Shown here: piece after piece, positions 11,171 to 22,659 of the stretch | Numbering within the stretch: the stretch's first letter is position 1 | Layout: each line of letters opens with the position of its first letter | DNA from: Squalus acanthias | Lineage: Eukaryota | NCBI GenBank assembly: GCA_030390025.1 | Contig: CM059432.1 | Location: 2,232,001-2,296,000 of the forward strand | DNA length: 64,000 nucleotides | Reading direction: 5' to 3' | The notes under the pieces: model-generated | What the model saw: only the letters and a program-made list of their open reading frames with translations | What the model was told of the DNA's origin: nothing | The model's database searches: none | Program-made: the position numbers and the translations under genes

Positions 11171-12680
11171 GGGGGGAGACACGGGGCAACGGGGGGAGAG
11201 ACACGGGGCAATGGGGGGAGAGACACGGGGCAACGGGGGGGGGGAGAGAGACACGGGGCAACGGGGGGAGAGAGAGACACGGGGCAACGGGGGGGGAGAG
11301 ACACGGGGCAACGGGGAGGGGAGACACGGGGCAACGGGGAGGGGAGACACGGGGCAACGGGGGGAGAGAGAGACACGGGGCAACGGGGGGAGAGAGAGAC
11401 ACGGGGCAACGGGGGGAGAGAGAGACACGGGGCAACGGGGGGAGAGAGAGACACGGGGCAACGGGGGGAGAGAGAGACACGGGGCAACGGGGGGAGAGAG
11501 AGACACGGGGCAACGGGGGGAGAGAGAGACACGGGGCAACGGGGGGAGAGAGAGACACGGGGCAACGGGGGGAGAGAGAGACACGGGGCAACGGGGAGAG
11601 AGACACGGGGCAACGGGGGGAGAGACACGGGGCAACGGGGGGGGAGAGACACGGGGCAACGGGGGGGAGACACGGGGCAACGGGGGGGAGAGAGACACGG
11701 GGCAACGGGGGGAGAGAGAGACACGGGGCAACGGGGAGAGAGAGACACGGGGCAACGGGGGGAGAGACACGGGGCAACGGGGGGAGAGACACGGGGCAAC
11801 GGGGGGGGAGAGACACGGGGCAACGGGGGGGAGACACGGGGCAACGGGGGGAGAGAGAGACACGGGGCAACGGGGAGAGAGAGACACGGGGCAACGGGGG
11901 GAGAGACACGGGGCAACGGGGGGGGAGAGACACGGGGCAACGGGGGGGAGACACGGGGCAACGGGGGGGAGAGAGACACGGGGCAACGGGGGGGGAGAGA
12001 GACACGGGGCAACGGGGGGGGAGAGAGACACGGGGCAACGGGGGGGGAGAGAGACACGGGGCAACGGGGGGGGAGAGAGACACGGGGCAACGGGGGGGGA
12101 GAGAGACACGGGGCAACGGGGGGGGAGAGAGACACGGGGCAACGGGGGGGGAGAGAGACACGGGGCAACGGGGGGGGAGAGAGACACGGGGCAACGGGGG
12201 GGGGAGAGAGACACGGGGCAACGGGGGGGGGAGACACGGGGCAACGGGGGGGAGAGACACGGGGCAACGGGGGGAGAGAGACGGGGCAACGGGGGGGAGA
12301 CACGGGGCAACGGGGGGAGACACGGGGCAACGGGGGAGAGAGACGGGGCAACGGGGGGGGGAGACACGCGGCAATGGGGAGAGACGGGGCAAGGGGGGGG
12401 AGAGACGGGGCAACGGGGGAGAGACACGGGGCAACGGGGGGGAGACACGGGGCAATGGGGGGGGAGACGGGGCAATGGGGGGAGGGGAGACGGGGCAATG
12501 GGGGGAGGGGAGACGGGGCAATGGGGGGAGGGGAGACGGGGCAATGGGGGGAGGGGAGACGGGGCAATGGGGGGAGGGGAGACGGGGCAATGGGGGGAGG
12601 GGAGACGGGGCAATGGGGGGAGGGGAGACGGGGCAATGGGGGGAGGGGAGACGGGGCAATGGGGGGAGGGGAGACGGGGC
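11171..12680 (+). repeat. G-rich minisatellite, units of about 21-29 bp (GAGACACGGGGCAAC-Gn)
   Basis: Directly visible tandem units with variable G-run and GA lengths. The unit changes to a 23-bp GGGGAGACGGGGCAATGGGGGGA form after about 12470. Confidence 0.95.
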
Positions 12681-13544
12681 CAGTGTAACCAGGAAGAAGT
12701 GACAGATTTCAGAATTGAGAGAGAGCAGATGAGGTACAACGGTCCTGTGGCTTCTATTCTGGGATGCACCGCGTGTTCTCAGTCTCTGTGCCTCCTGACC
12801 ACCTGCATCAATCTTGACCCAAATGGTCAGTTATGCATTCAACGAAGCAACGTATTCAGAAACTAAAGCAGCGACAGAAACAAACAAAAACTCTCTTAGT
12901 AAATAAAAGGGCATCAGTTGTAGCACTTTCAAACCTAGGCACAATGCAAGTCAACGCACATCATTGCTGGGGGCGAATCTGGGATTCAAACTCAACATTG
13001 CGCCTTAATGCTGATGTGATCAACCCAAGGGGAGGCTGAAGAGCTTTATTCCAGGGTCAGTTCGGAGTTGCAATCATAGATTTGCAAAAGATGCCGCCTT
13101 TCACACAGGGTCGACGCCAATGATCTATTTTATGGCCGTTGATTTTGTTTGTGGGTAATCTAAATTCTTTCCAAAGTCAAAACATTTCTGTTTGTGTCTT
13201 TATTTATTGCGGCAGCGAATGCCAGCTCGTTGGTAAGAGGTTACAGATACGGCACGACTCCCTACACTGGCAATAGTCCCAAGATTCAGCTGTGTAACCT
13301 GAGCTTAGGCAAGATTCCCCAAACTGAAGTGAAATTGGAAAAAAACATTCCAAAACCCAACACTTTAGGATCAGTGGCGCAATTCCTCTTCCCAAAACCA
13401 GCCTCCAACAAACAACACGCCACTGAACGAAATCATCGGGAGGAATTTCTCTGGTGGCGGTGTGTAGTAAGATCATAAAGACATTCTTTTCAATGAATTT
13501 AGGCTGTGGCTACTTATAATGGGCAAAGGAAGTCCTCCCCCAGT

Positions 13545-13995
13545 AAAGAAAAGAAAGTCTTTCAGCACCTTTCACAACCTCAGGACGTCCCAAAGCGCTT
13601 TACAGCCAATGAAGTACTTTTTGAAGTGTAGTCACTGTTGCAATGTAGGAAACGCAGCAGCCAACTCCCACAAACAGCAATGTGATAATGACTAGATAAT
13701 CTGTTTCAGTCATGTTAATTGAGGGATAAATATTGGCCAGGACACCGGGGAGAACTCCCCTGCTCTTCTTCGAAATAGTGGCCATGGAATCTTTTACATC
13801 ACACCTGAGAGAGCAGACTTGGTTTAATATCTCATCCGAAAGACGGCACCTCTGACAGTGCAGCACTCCCTCAGTACTGCACTGGGAGCGTCAGCCTAGA
13901 TTTTTGTGCTCGAGTCTCTGGAGTGGGACTTGAACCCACAACCTTCTGACTCTAAAAGCAAGGGTGCTGCCCACTGAGCCACTGGCTGACACTAG
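13545..13995 (-). mobile_element. DeuSINE-like SINE, near full length
   Basis: tRNA-like head (ggctcagtgg A box, gggttcaagtccc B box), Deu-like core and L2-like tail. Confidence 0.8.
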
Positions 13996-14229
13996 CTCCA
14001 CGCCTTAATTTTATAATAATAGATTTTCAACATTAACACTGAAATCAAACATCAATGAAAATTATAGTAACAAAGCTAACTGGCATGAAGTGTGCTTTCA
14101 GAATCTGATTTAAGCCCATAGTTAACACAGCACAAATCAGAGATTGTGTGGCAGATTCTAGCTGGATATTTTGCATTCATAGCAGAACAGTATACTACTG
14201 TAGCAGAAACTAATTCATCATACCAACTG

Positions 14230-14492
14230 TGGCCCCGATTTAACTCCAGGTGGATTCCCCGCTCGGGCCCCGAGTTAAAATTACAGTCGGGCCTCAATGA
14301 TGTCATCGGGCCGCAACACACATATGTAAAGAAGGACCCCGTTGGCTCCGGGTGCCTGTCCTTGCTGCCTGCTCAGGAGAGCGGGTTAAAATCGCAGATG
14401 TTGCGATCGTGGCGGCTTTCGGACAGGTGAGAGCCGGGGCGATTTTAACTGCCCGCCCGCCAGGTTTCTGCTGAGCCAGTAGCGTTAAAATC
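14230..14492. mobile_element. Short MITE-like element
   Basis: GC-rich island with recurring gattttaac/gttaaaatc inverted motifs. Confidence 0.35.
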
Positions 14493-14604
14493 AAATGACT
14501 ATTATTATGCCAATGATAAAGCACTAATATCAATACTGGATGGCAAGAGAGGTATTTGCACTAGTACAGGAGCCACACAGGTGGGACATGGAACGTGATA
14601 CATC

Positions 14605-15175
14605 GATTACACAGAACATACAGAACAGAAACAGGCCATTCGGCCCAACCAGTCCGTGCCGGCGTTTATGCTCCACTCGAGCCTCCTCCCGTCTTTCCTC
14701 ATCTAACTATCAGCGTAACCCTCGATTCCCTTCTCCCTCATATGCTTGTCCAGCCTCCCCTAAATACATCGATACTATTCGCTTCAACCACTCCCTGTGG
14801 TAGCGAGTTCCACATTCTCACCACTCTCTGGGTAAAGAAGTTACTTCTGAATTCCCTATTGGATTTCTTGGTGACTATCTTGTATTGATGGCCTTTAGTT
14901 TTGCTGTTTCCCACAAGTGGAAACACTCTCTCTGTGTCTAGTCCATCAAAACCTTTCATAATTTTAAAGACCTCTATCAGGTCACCCCTCAGCCTTCTCT
15001 TTTCAAGAGAATAGAGACCCAGCCTGTTCATCCTTTCCTGATAGGTATACCCTCACATTTCTGGTATCATCTTGTAAATCTTTTTTTGCACCTTCTCCGG
15101 TGCCTCTATATCCCTTTTTATAATACGGCGACCAGAATTGTACACTGGACTCCAAGTGTGATCTGACCAAGCTTC
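14605..15175 (-). mobile_element. CR1 LINE 3' fragment
   Basis: Encodes LGLYSLEKRRLRGDLIEVFKIM...NFFTQRVVRMWNSLP. Confidence 0.85.
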
Positions 15176-15184
15176 AATATAAGA

Positions 15185-15758
15185 GTGACTCACCACCTGA
15201 CTCCTCAAAGCCTTTCCACCATCTACAAGGCACAAGTCAGGAGTGTGATGGAAGACTCTCCACTTGCCTGGATGAGTGCAGCTCCAACAACACTCAAGAA
15301 GCTCGACACCATCCAGGACAAAGCAGCCCGCTTGATTGGCAGCCCATCCACCACCTTAAACATTCACTCCCTCCACCACCAGCGCACCGTGGCTGCAGTG
15401 TGTACCATCTACAAGATGCACTGCAGCAACTCGCCAAGGCTTCTTCGGCAGCACCTCCCAAACCAGCGACCTCTTCCACCTAGAAGGACAAGGGCAGCAG
15501 GCGCATGGGAACACCACCACCTCCAAGTTCCCCTCCAAGTCACACACCATCCTGACTTGGAAATATATCGCCGATCCTTCATCGTCGCTGGGTCAAAATC
15601 CTGGAACTCCCTCCCGAACAGGGAGTACCTTCACCACACGGACTGAAGCGGTTCAAGAAGGCGGCTCACCACCACCTTCTCCAGGGGCAACTAGGGATGG
15701 GCAATAAATGCCGGCTTTGCCAGCGACGCCCAGATCCCATGAACGAATAAAAAAAAAA
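15185..15758 (+). mobile_element. Poly(A)-tailed CR1-group LINE (family B), 3' fragment
   Basis: Encodes STIYKAQVRSVME.SPLAWMSAAPTTLKKLDTIQDKAARLI; ends in poly(A). Confidence 0.8.
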
Positions 15759-17534
15759 GGTTGTTTAAGAGACACTGGGGGTCATGACCCACCCCAACCC
15801 CCCACCCGCATTTTCTGGAGCGTCAATCAATCAAACTCAAAGCGATGAAAAGCAGCGAGGATTTCTCTTGTCGCTGGAGCTGCCACTTTCCTAGCTCTGA
15901 CTGGCAGCTTGAGGTTCAGTTCTTGGCAGCTCCAGCACTTGGCCCTGTGCAGCTTGTTTGTTTGTTTGTTTTGTGTGTGCCTGTAAGTAATGCTCAGCCA
16001 AGTTGGCAGCTAAAAACAGAGCGCTGCGATTGTGAAAGGGATGTGGTACGCACAAGCCCCGATTCCATTCTTAGCTCTCAGTAATTTAATTTAATTCGAT
16101 TAGCCAGCCTCTTTTGCCCAGTATCGTGACTGTGCACCAGGGATATCTTGCTTCACTGCAGCTTGACAAAAATACTTATTATTAAATGGGAAGGAGATAG
16201 ATACAAGGATTTGGGACGGTCTTTTTAAAATGTAACATTTTATTTGCCTCTTTGCTCCGTGAGTACAGTTACTGGTCTATTTTTTTTTAGGAAGGAACAG
16301 GAAGGAGGCCATTCGGCCCCTCGAGCCTGTTCCGCCATCCAATCAGATCACGGCTGATCTGCATCGTAACTCTATCTACCCGCCTTGGTTCCGTAACCCT
16401 TAACAAAGATCTGTCACTGTCTGCACTGTGCAATGTGCTCACTTCAACAGTAAAAGCACGCGGTCAGGAGTGGGCCGAGGCCTACTACAGTAAAAGCCAC
16501 GTGACATAGTTGCCAATCTTCCAGGATTACCCTGGAGTCTCCAGGAACTAATCCTCAGGACACTGGGAGGAAAATCATAGGGACAATAAAAAAAAATGGT
16601 GCTTTTAATAGAGTTTCTTTGAACACTTTTCATTTATGAGTTTTAAAAATAGGAACAGAAGGCAGTCATTCAGCCCCTCGAGCCTGCTCCGTCATTCAAT
16701 TAGATCATGCTTCCTGACATCACCCCTGAACGGCCGGGCTCTAATTTTAAGGGTATGCCCCCCCCTTGCTCTGGACTCTCCCAACAGATGAAATAGTTTC
16801 TCTCTATCTACTCTTGTCAACTCCATTTCTTCCCCCTTCTTTTAGATGGGGAGTCAATCCCTGAATGTAGCCGGGATCCACTTCCCGCCAACAAGGTCAG
16901 TGGTTCAAGAGGATTGGCGGATAGGACCGGGAGCTTGTTGTGTCCTTCACAATTCGTACGCTGGGAAACGGCACCAGACTGCAAGTGGCCAGGAACCCGT
17001 GGCTGATAATCATCTGCGCACCTCGCCGTGTGCAAAAATGGCAGCCTTGGTAGGTTCAACATGGAATCAGAGAATGATGCAGCGCAGGAGGAGGCCATTC
17101 GTCCCATCGTGCCTGTGCCGGCTCTTTGGTAGAGCTGTCCAGTTAGTCCCACTCCTCTCGCTCTTTCCCCACAGCCCTGCAAATGTTTTTCCCTTAAAGT
17201 ATTTATCCAATTCTCCTTTTGAAAGGTACTGTTGAATCTGCTTCCACCGCCCTTTCAGGCAGCGCATTTCAAGCAGCATTATTTAAACTACCGCTACCTG
17301 TGATCATGTTTACCGTACATTTTTAATGGTTAAGTGGAAACCATTACTATTTTGGCAGTTTTTCCAGCAGCAATTACAAATGGCGGCACACACTCTCAAG
17401 ACTTTGTAACAATATTATCTTGCTCTGTAACAACGGGTGCTTGGTTGGGATTTTTTGATGCAGTTTAGCTGTTTAAGGAGAGTTGTAAACACTTTTCCAG
17501 ATAGCTGGTGGGGGCAGGGAAACATGAACAGGAT

Positions 17535-17915
17535 TTTTTTTTTTTTATTCGTTTTATGGCATGTGGGCGTCGCTGGCAAGGCCGGCATTTATTGCCCATC
17601 CCTAATGGCCCTCGAGAAGGTGGTGGTGAGCCCCCTTGTTGAACCGTAGAGGGCAGTTAAGAGTCAACCACATTGCTGTGGGTCTGGAGTCACATATCGG
17701 CCAGACCGGGTAAGGACGGCAGATTTCCTTCCCTAAAGGACATTAGTGAACCAGATGGGTTTTTACGACAATCCGGTAGTTTCATGGTCACCATCACTGA
17801 TACTAGCATTTTAATTCCAGATTTATTTAATTAATTGAATTTAAATTCCCCAGGGTGGGATTTGAACTCATGTCTCTCGGTTCATTAGGCCAGGCCTCTG
17901 GATTACTAGTCCAGT
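17535..17915 (-). mobile_element. tRNA-derived SINE, family 2 (SlmI/MetaSINE-like)
   Basis: B box gagttcaaatccc, core aaacccatctggttcactaatgtcctttagggaaggaaatctgcc, and a 3' tail matching the family B LINE tail. The family name comes from recall and was not searched. Confidence 0.65.
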
Positions 17916-18114
17916 GTAGAGGGCACGACACAACCATACGGCACCTCTGCAATCACTTGCAATGCTTTAATTGTCTGGTGCACATGGTACTCCATTTGGA
18001 AAGATTGACACCTCACTGGCCTATCAATAAACGGAGTTCAACCCTAATTGGTGGTAAAATTGTCGCCCCCCCCCACATCCCCTGAAGGCAGGAACCCAGG
18101 TCTAACTTTTGTCA

Positions 18115-18622
18115 ACAGCAACAACAACTTGCATTTATACAGCACCTTTAACGTAGTAAAACGTCCCAGGGCGCTTCACAGGAGCGATTATCAAACAAAA
18201 TTTGACACCGAGCCACATAAGGAGATATTAGGACAGGTGACCAAAAGCTTGATCGAAGAGGGAGGTTTTAAGGAGCATCTTAAAGGAGGAGAGAGAGGCG
18301 GAGAGGTTTAGGGAGGGAGTTCCAGAGCTCGGGGCCCCGGCAGCTGAAGGCACGGCCGCCAATGGTGGAGCGATTATAATCGGCCATGGGCAAGAGGGCG
18401 GAATTGGAGCAGCGCCGAGATCTCGGGGGGGTCGTGGGGCTGGAGGTGGTGACAGAGATAGGGAGGGGCGAGGTCACGGAGGGATTTGAAAGCAAGGATG
18501 AGAATTTTGAAATTCAGACGGTGCCGGACCGGGAGCCAATGTAGGTCAGCGAGCACAGGGGGTGATGGGTGAACGGGACTTGGTGCGAGTTAGGACACGG
18601 GGCAGCACAAATTTGGATGAGT
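18115..18622 (-). mobile_element. L2-clade LINE 3' fragment
   Basis: Encodes LADLHWLPVRHRLNFKIL and GGRAFSC. Confidence 0.8.
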
Positions 18623-18724
18623 TCCGTTATTCCTACTAAGTGGCTATTCTTTGTGTACGAGTCTAAACGACGAGTGCTAATCAGCTGTCTAACTCTGATA
18701 GATAACAAAGTGAAGCCTAGGCCT

Positions 18725-19147
18725 ATCAGCTGTGGCTCAGTGGGTAGCACACTCCTCTGGGTCAGAAGGTTGTGGGTTTATAGTCCCCACTCCAGAGACT
18801 TGAGTGCAAAAATCTAGGCTGACACTCCAGTGCAGTACTGAGGGAGCAGTAAAGTGCTTTGGGACTTCTAAGGATAAGGGGTAAGCCATTTAGGACAGAA
18901 ATGAGGAGGAATTTCTTCACCCAGAGAGTGGTGAACCTGTGGAATTCTCTGCCACAGAAGGCAGTAGAGGCCAATCATTAAATAGATTCAAGAAGGAGTT
19001 GGATATATTTCTTAAGGCTCAAGGGATATGGGGAGAAAGCAGGGACAGGGTACTGAATTTGGATGATCAGCCATGATCGCATTGAATGGCGGAGCAGGCT
19101 TTGGGGCCGAATGGCCTACTCCTGCTCCTGTCTTCTATGATTCTATG
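18725..19147 (+). mobile_element. DeuSINE head followed by a CR1 3' fragment
   Basis: SINE head at 18725-18850; CR1 RNFFTQRVV segment and (ATTCTATG)n tail at 18868-19147. Confidence 0.7.
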
Positions 19148-19659
19148 GGACATCACCGAGGTGGTGAAAGGCACGATATAAACGCAAGTCTTTCTTTGCC
19201 TAACCCACGTCCACACACATTTCCGTCTTTCCAGCGATGTGTTGCTGGGCAGCCGGGAACCGCAGCTGATTTTTGTTCCTTGATGCAATATTGCCTCAGC
19301 AGAGTCCAAGTACTGAACGTAGGGACCCTCCTAATCGTCATGGCCAGAATCGTCATGGCCAGGATATTCAGCCATTCGGAGAGGCGGCGACAATGACCAT
19401 TAAAAACAAGACTCCCCTTCAAATCCTTCTTTTCACACACACACAAGCTGAAGTAATATGGAAATGGCTCAACGTGTGCGGTTTTTCAGTGCTGAAGAAA
19501 GCAAGCACGAGTTGGAGACCAATAAGTGACATTCTCAGGTCACACCTGATTGGGGAATCGTCAAAAAGAAAAACAGACTTTTGGAGAACATTGAAAAAAG
19601 GCAGCGAATGACAATGGAGGACGACAACATTAAATATTTACATGTGGCAAATACTGCCT

Positions 19660-20005
19660 AGTGTCAGCCCTGGCTCAGTGGGCAGCACTCTCGCCTCCGA
19701 GTTCTAGAAGGTTGTGGGTTCAAGTCCCACTCCAGAGACTTGAGCACAAAAATCTAGGCTGACACTCCAGGGCAGTGCTGAGGGAGTGCTGCACTGTCAG
19801 AGGTGCCGTCTTCGGATGAGACGTTAAACTGAGGCCCCGTCTGCTCTCTCAGGTGGAAGTAAAAGACGGCACTATTTTGAAGAAGAGCAGGGGAGTTCTC
19901 CCCGGTGTCCTGGGCCAATATTTATCCCTCAACTAAACGCATAAAAACAGATTATCTGGTCATTATCACATTGCTGTTGTGGGACCTTGCTTTGCACAAA
20001 TTGGC
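19660..20005 (+). mobile_element. DeuSINE-like SINE, 3'-truncated
   Basis: tRNA-like head and Deu-like core. Confidence 0.8.
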
Positions 20006-20111
20006 ATGCCAACACTATCCAATTTCACCCCCAACGTGTTTCACAGTATGTGGGCTTCACTGTACAGTAAGTGAGTAATAACATTTAATATTTAAAAATC
20101 TGCCAAGTCTG

Positions 20112-20642
20112 CATCGAATGTACAGCACAGAAACAGGCCATTCGGCCCAACTGCTCCGTGCCGGTGTTTATGCTCCACACGAGCCTCCTCCCACCCCTCT
20201 TCATCTCACCCCATCAGCAGATCCTTCTCTTCCTTTCTCCCTCATGTGTTTATCCAGATTCCCCATAAATGCATCTTTACTATTCGCCTCAACCACTCCC
20301 TGTGGTAGCGAGTTCCACATTCTCACCACTCTCTGGGGGAAGAAGTTTCTCCTGAATTCCCTATTGGATTTATTAGTGACCGTCTTACATCTATGATCCC
20401 TAGTTTTGTATTACCCCACAAGCATCTTCTCTACGTCTACCCTATCGAACCCCTTCATAATCTTAACAACCTCTATCAGGTCACCCCTCGGTCTTCTCGT
20501 TTCTAGAGAAAAGAGCCCCAGCCCGTTCAGACTTTCCTGATCGGTACAACCTCTCAGTTCTGGTATCGTCCTTGTAAATCTTTATTTTTGCAGCTTCACC
20601 GGTGCCCCCATATGCTTTTTTGCAACACGGAGACCAGAACAG
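20112..20642 (-). mobile_element. CR1 LINE 3' fragment
   Basis: CR1 tail and decayed ORF2 C-terminus. Confidence 0.75.
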
Positions 20643-21004
20643 TTCCTCTTTAAAGCCATCTAGAAGTAACAGCACAGAAAAATGAGATAGGATCGAAATT
20701 TCATCATGATACAAGTCAGCGCCATTACGAAATGCTACATCTAGAATCAGTGGGCAAAAACTTTGCCAGTTTATTGCTTCAGCCATCGTTAGGTGGCCAC
20801 TTCATCTTTCAACATGTTGGGCTGGTGCCAGTCTACAAGGGCTTGGTTGCTAAGCTAATGATGTCATAATAGGCCGCTGCCAAACAAAGTTCCCGCTTTT
20901 GTCCACAGCAATCTTTCAAGAGTAGAATCACAGAACGACACAGCACGGAAGGAGGCCATTCAGCCCATCGTGCCTGTGCTGGAAAATAACAAGCCTGGAG
21001 TGGA

Positions 21005-21490
21005 GCTCAGCCGTGGCTCAGTGGGCAGCTCTCTCTCGCTCATCTCTGTGTCAGAAGGGCGTGGGTTCAGGTCCCACTCCAGAAACATGAGCACAGAAAT
21101 CCAGGCTGACACTCCAGTCCAGTGCAGTGCTGAGGGAGTGCTGCACTGTCGGAGGTGCCGTCTTTCGGATGAGACGTTAAACCGAGGCCCTGTCTGCCCT
21201 CTCAGGTGAGCTATAAAAGATCCCACGGCCACTATTTCGAAGAAGAGCAGGGGAGTTCTCCCCGGTGTCCTGGGGCCAACATTTATCCCTCAATCAACAT
21301 CACTAAAAAACAGATTATCTGGTCGTTACCACGTTGCTGTTTGCAGGAGCTTGCTGCGCACAAATTGGCTGTCACATTTCCTACATTACAAGGACTGTAC
21401 TTCAAAAAGTACTTCACTGGCAGTAAAGCGTTTTGGGATGTCCGGTGGTCATGAAAGGCGCTATATAAACGCAAGTCTTTCTTTCTTCTT
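21005..21490 (+). mobile_element. DeuSINE-like SINE, full length
   Basis: Head, core and tail all present. Contains a single copy of the 33-bp unit, bounded by GTGC at 21122 and 21155. Confidence 0.85.
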
Positions 21491-21889
21491 GAACCCACAA
21501 GCTTCTGACTCAAAGGCAAGAGTTCTACCATTTAGCCGTTAACAGCAGCTCCACCAATCACAGCTTTCCAAAGGGAATTAGAAAGTAGCGGAGGGGAAAA
21601 AGTTTGCCGGGCTCCGGGGAAAGGGCGGGGGAGGGGGACTAGCTGAAGTGCTCTGGCAGAGAGCCGGCACGGGCTCGACGGGCCAAATGGCCTCCTTCTG
21701 TGCTGTGACCATTCTATGATTCACCATTAATGCTCTAATAAATCTCTCATTGCTTATGGCACTTCAAATGAGTACAAAACGCGACGGCTTTTCCAACAAG
21801 TCCTCTCGCTGCCATGGGGGGGGGTTACATCGGCCAATTAGTCTGCAACAATTGCACACATCTTTCTCCATGGAAACAATTACAACATA

Positions 21890-22570
21890 ATGGCCCGGGT
21901 TTTGCGGTCAGCGGTGAAGGGACGGCGCTCGCCGCTGACCTCAAAGAAAGCTGCCCACAAAGATCTAGCGGGCTCTGTGGCGTCGATTTCTCCTCTCCCG
22001 ACGTTAACTTGAATGTGGGGCCAAGTCTAGGAGATCACCAGCAACAGTGATGTCATTAAGCTGGCTAAGCAGCCAATCACACTGAAGAATTCTCACAGAC
22101 AGCAAACCAGGAAGTAAAAGGCACTGATTATCCTTCACCTTTGATAAATTTTACAGAAAGTGAAATAAAGATCGGGCACACACATGGGATTATGGTAGAA
22201 GCTGAAATATCATAAACAAACCTTAAAAAATATTAAAAATCATGGAATTTATCATAATGGAAAAATCTGACTGTCCACAATCATAAAATTAGATTTTCAG
22301 GGTCAGAACAATAGTTATGACTCAGTACGCAGTTTAAAACCCAGTTAGACCTCATTAAACAAGACTTAACTTTTTGGGGGTTTTTTAAACAGCGATATCA
22401 CAGCGTAAAAGCTGACCTTCTCGTCAGTTCAGTGATTTCAATTAATTGCCGTTTGTGGGGTCTTCAACAGCGCGCCCGGTGGAGGAGCAGGGAATCACCG
22501 ACAGCAACTTCTGAATTTCCGCATCTAACTGTGCATGTGTGGGCGCCAGAAATTGCTGTCAGTTTCACAG
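21890..22570. mobile_element. MITE-like element fragment
   Basis: Starts ggcccgggttttgcgg with a subterminal hairpin ggtcagcggtga...tcgccgctgacc. No right end was identified. Confidence 0.3.
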
Positions 22571-22659
22571 TTATATATATATATATATATATATAGCGTA
22601 TTTGAATTGTTTCCCGTTGCTGCATTGGTTTGAAGGGTTGACGTCCAGCAGAATGTTGG

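Noticed and set aside
10899..12866. Gly/Arg- or Pro-rich ORFs of 539-655 aa
   Set aside because: These are translations of the G-rich minisatellite.
19665..19735. tRNA genes at A/B-box motifs
   Set aside because: These are SINE heads that continue into the SINE body; no complete cloverleaf was seen.
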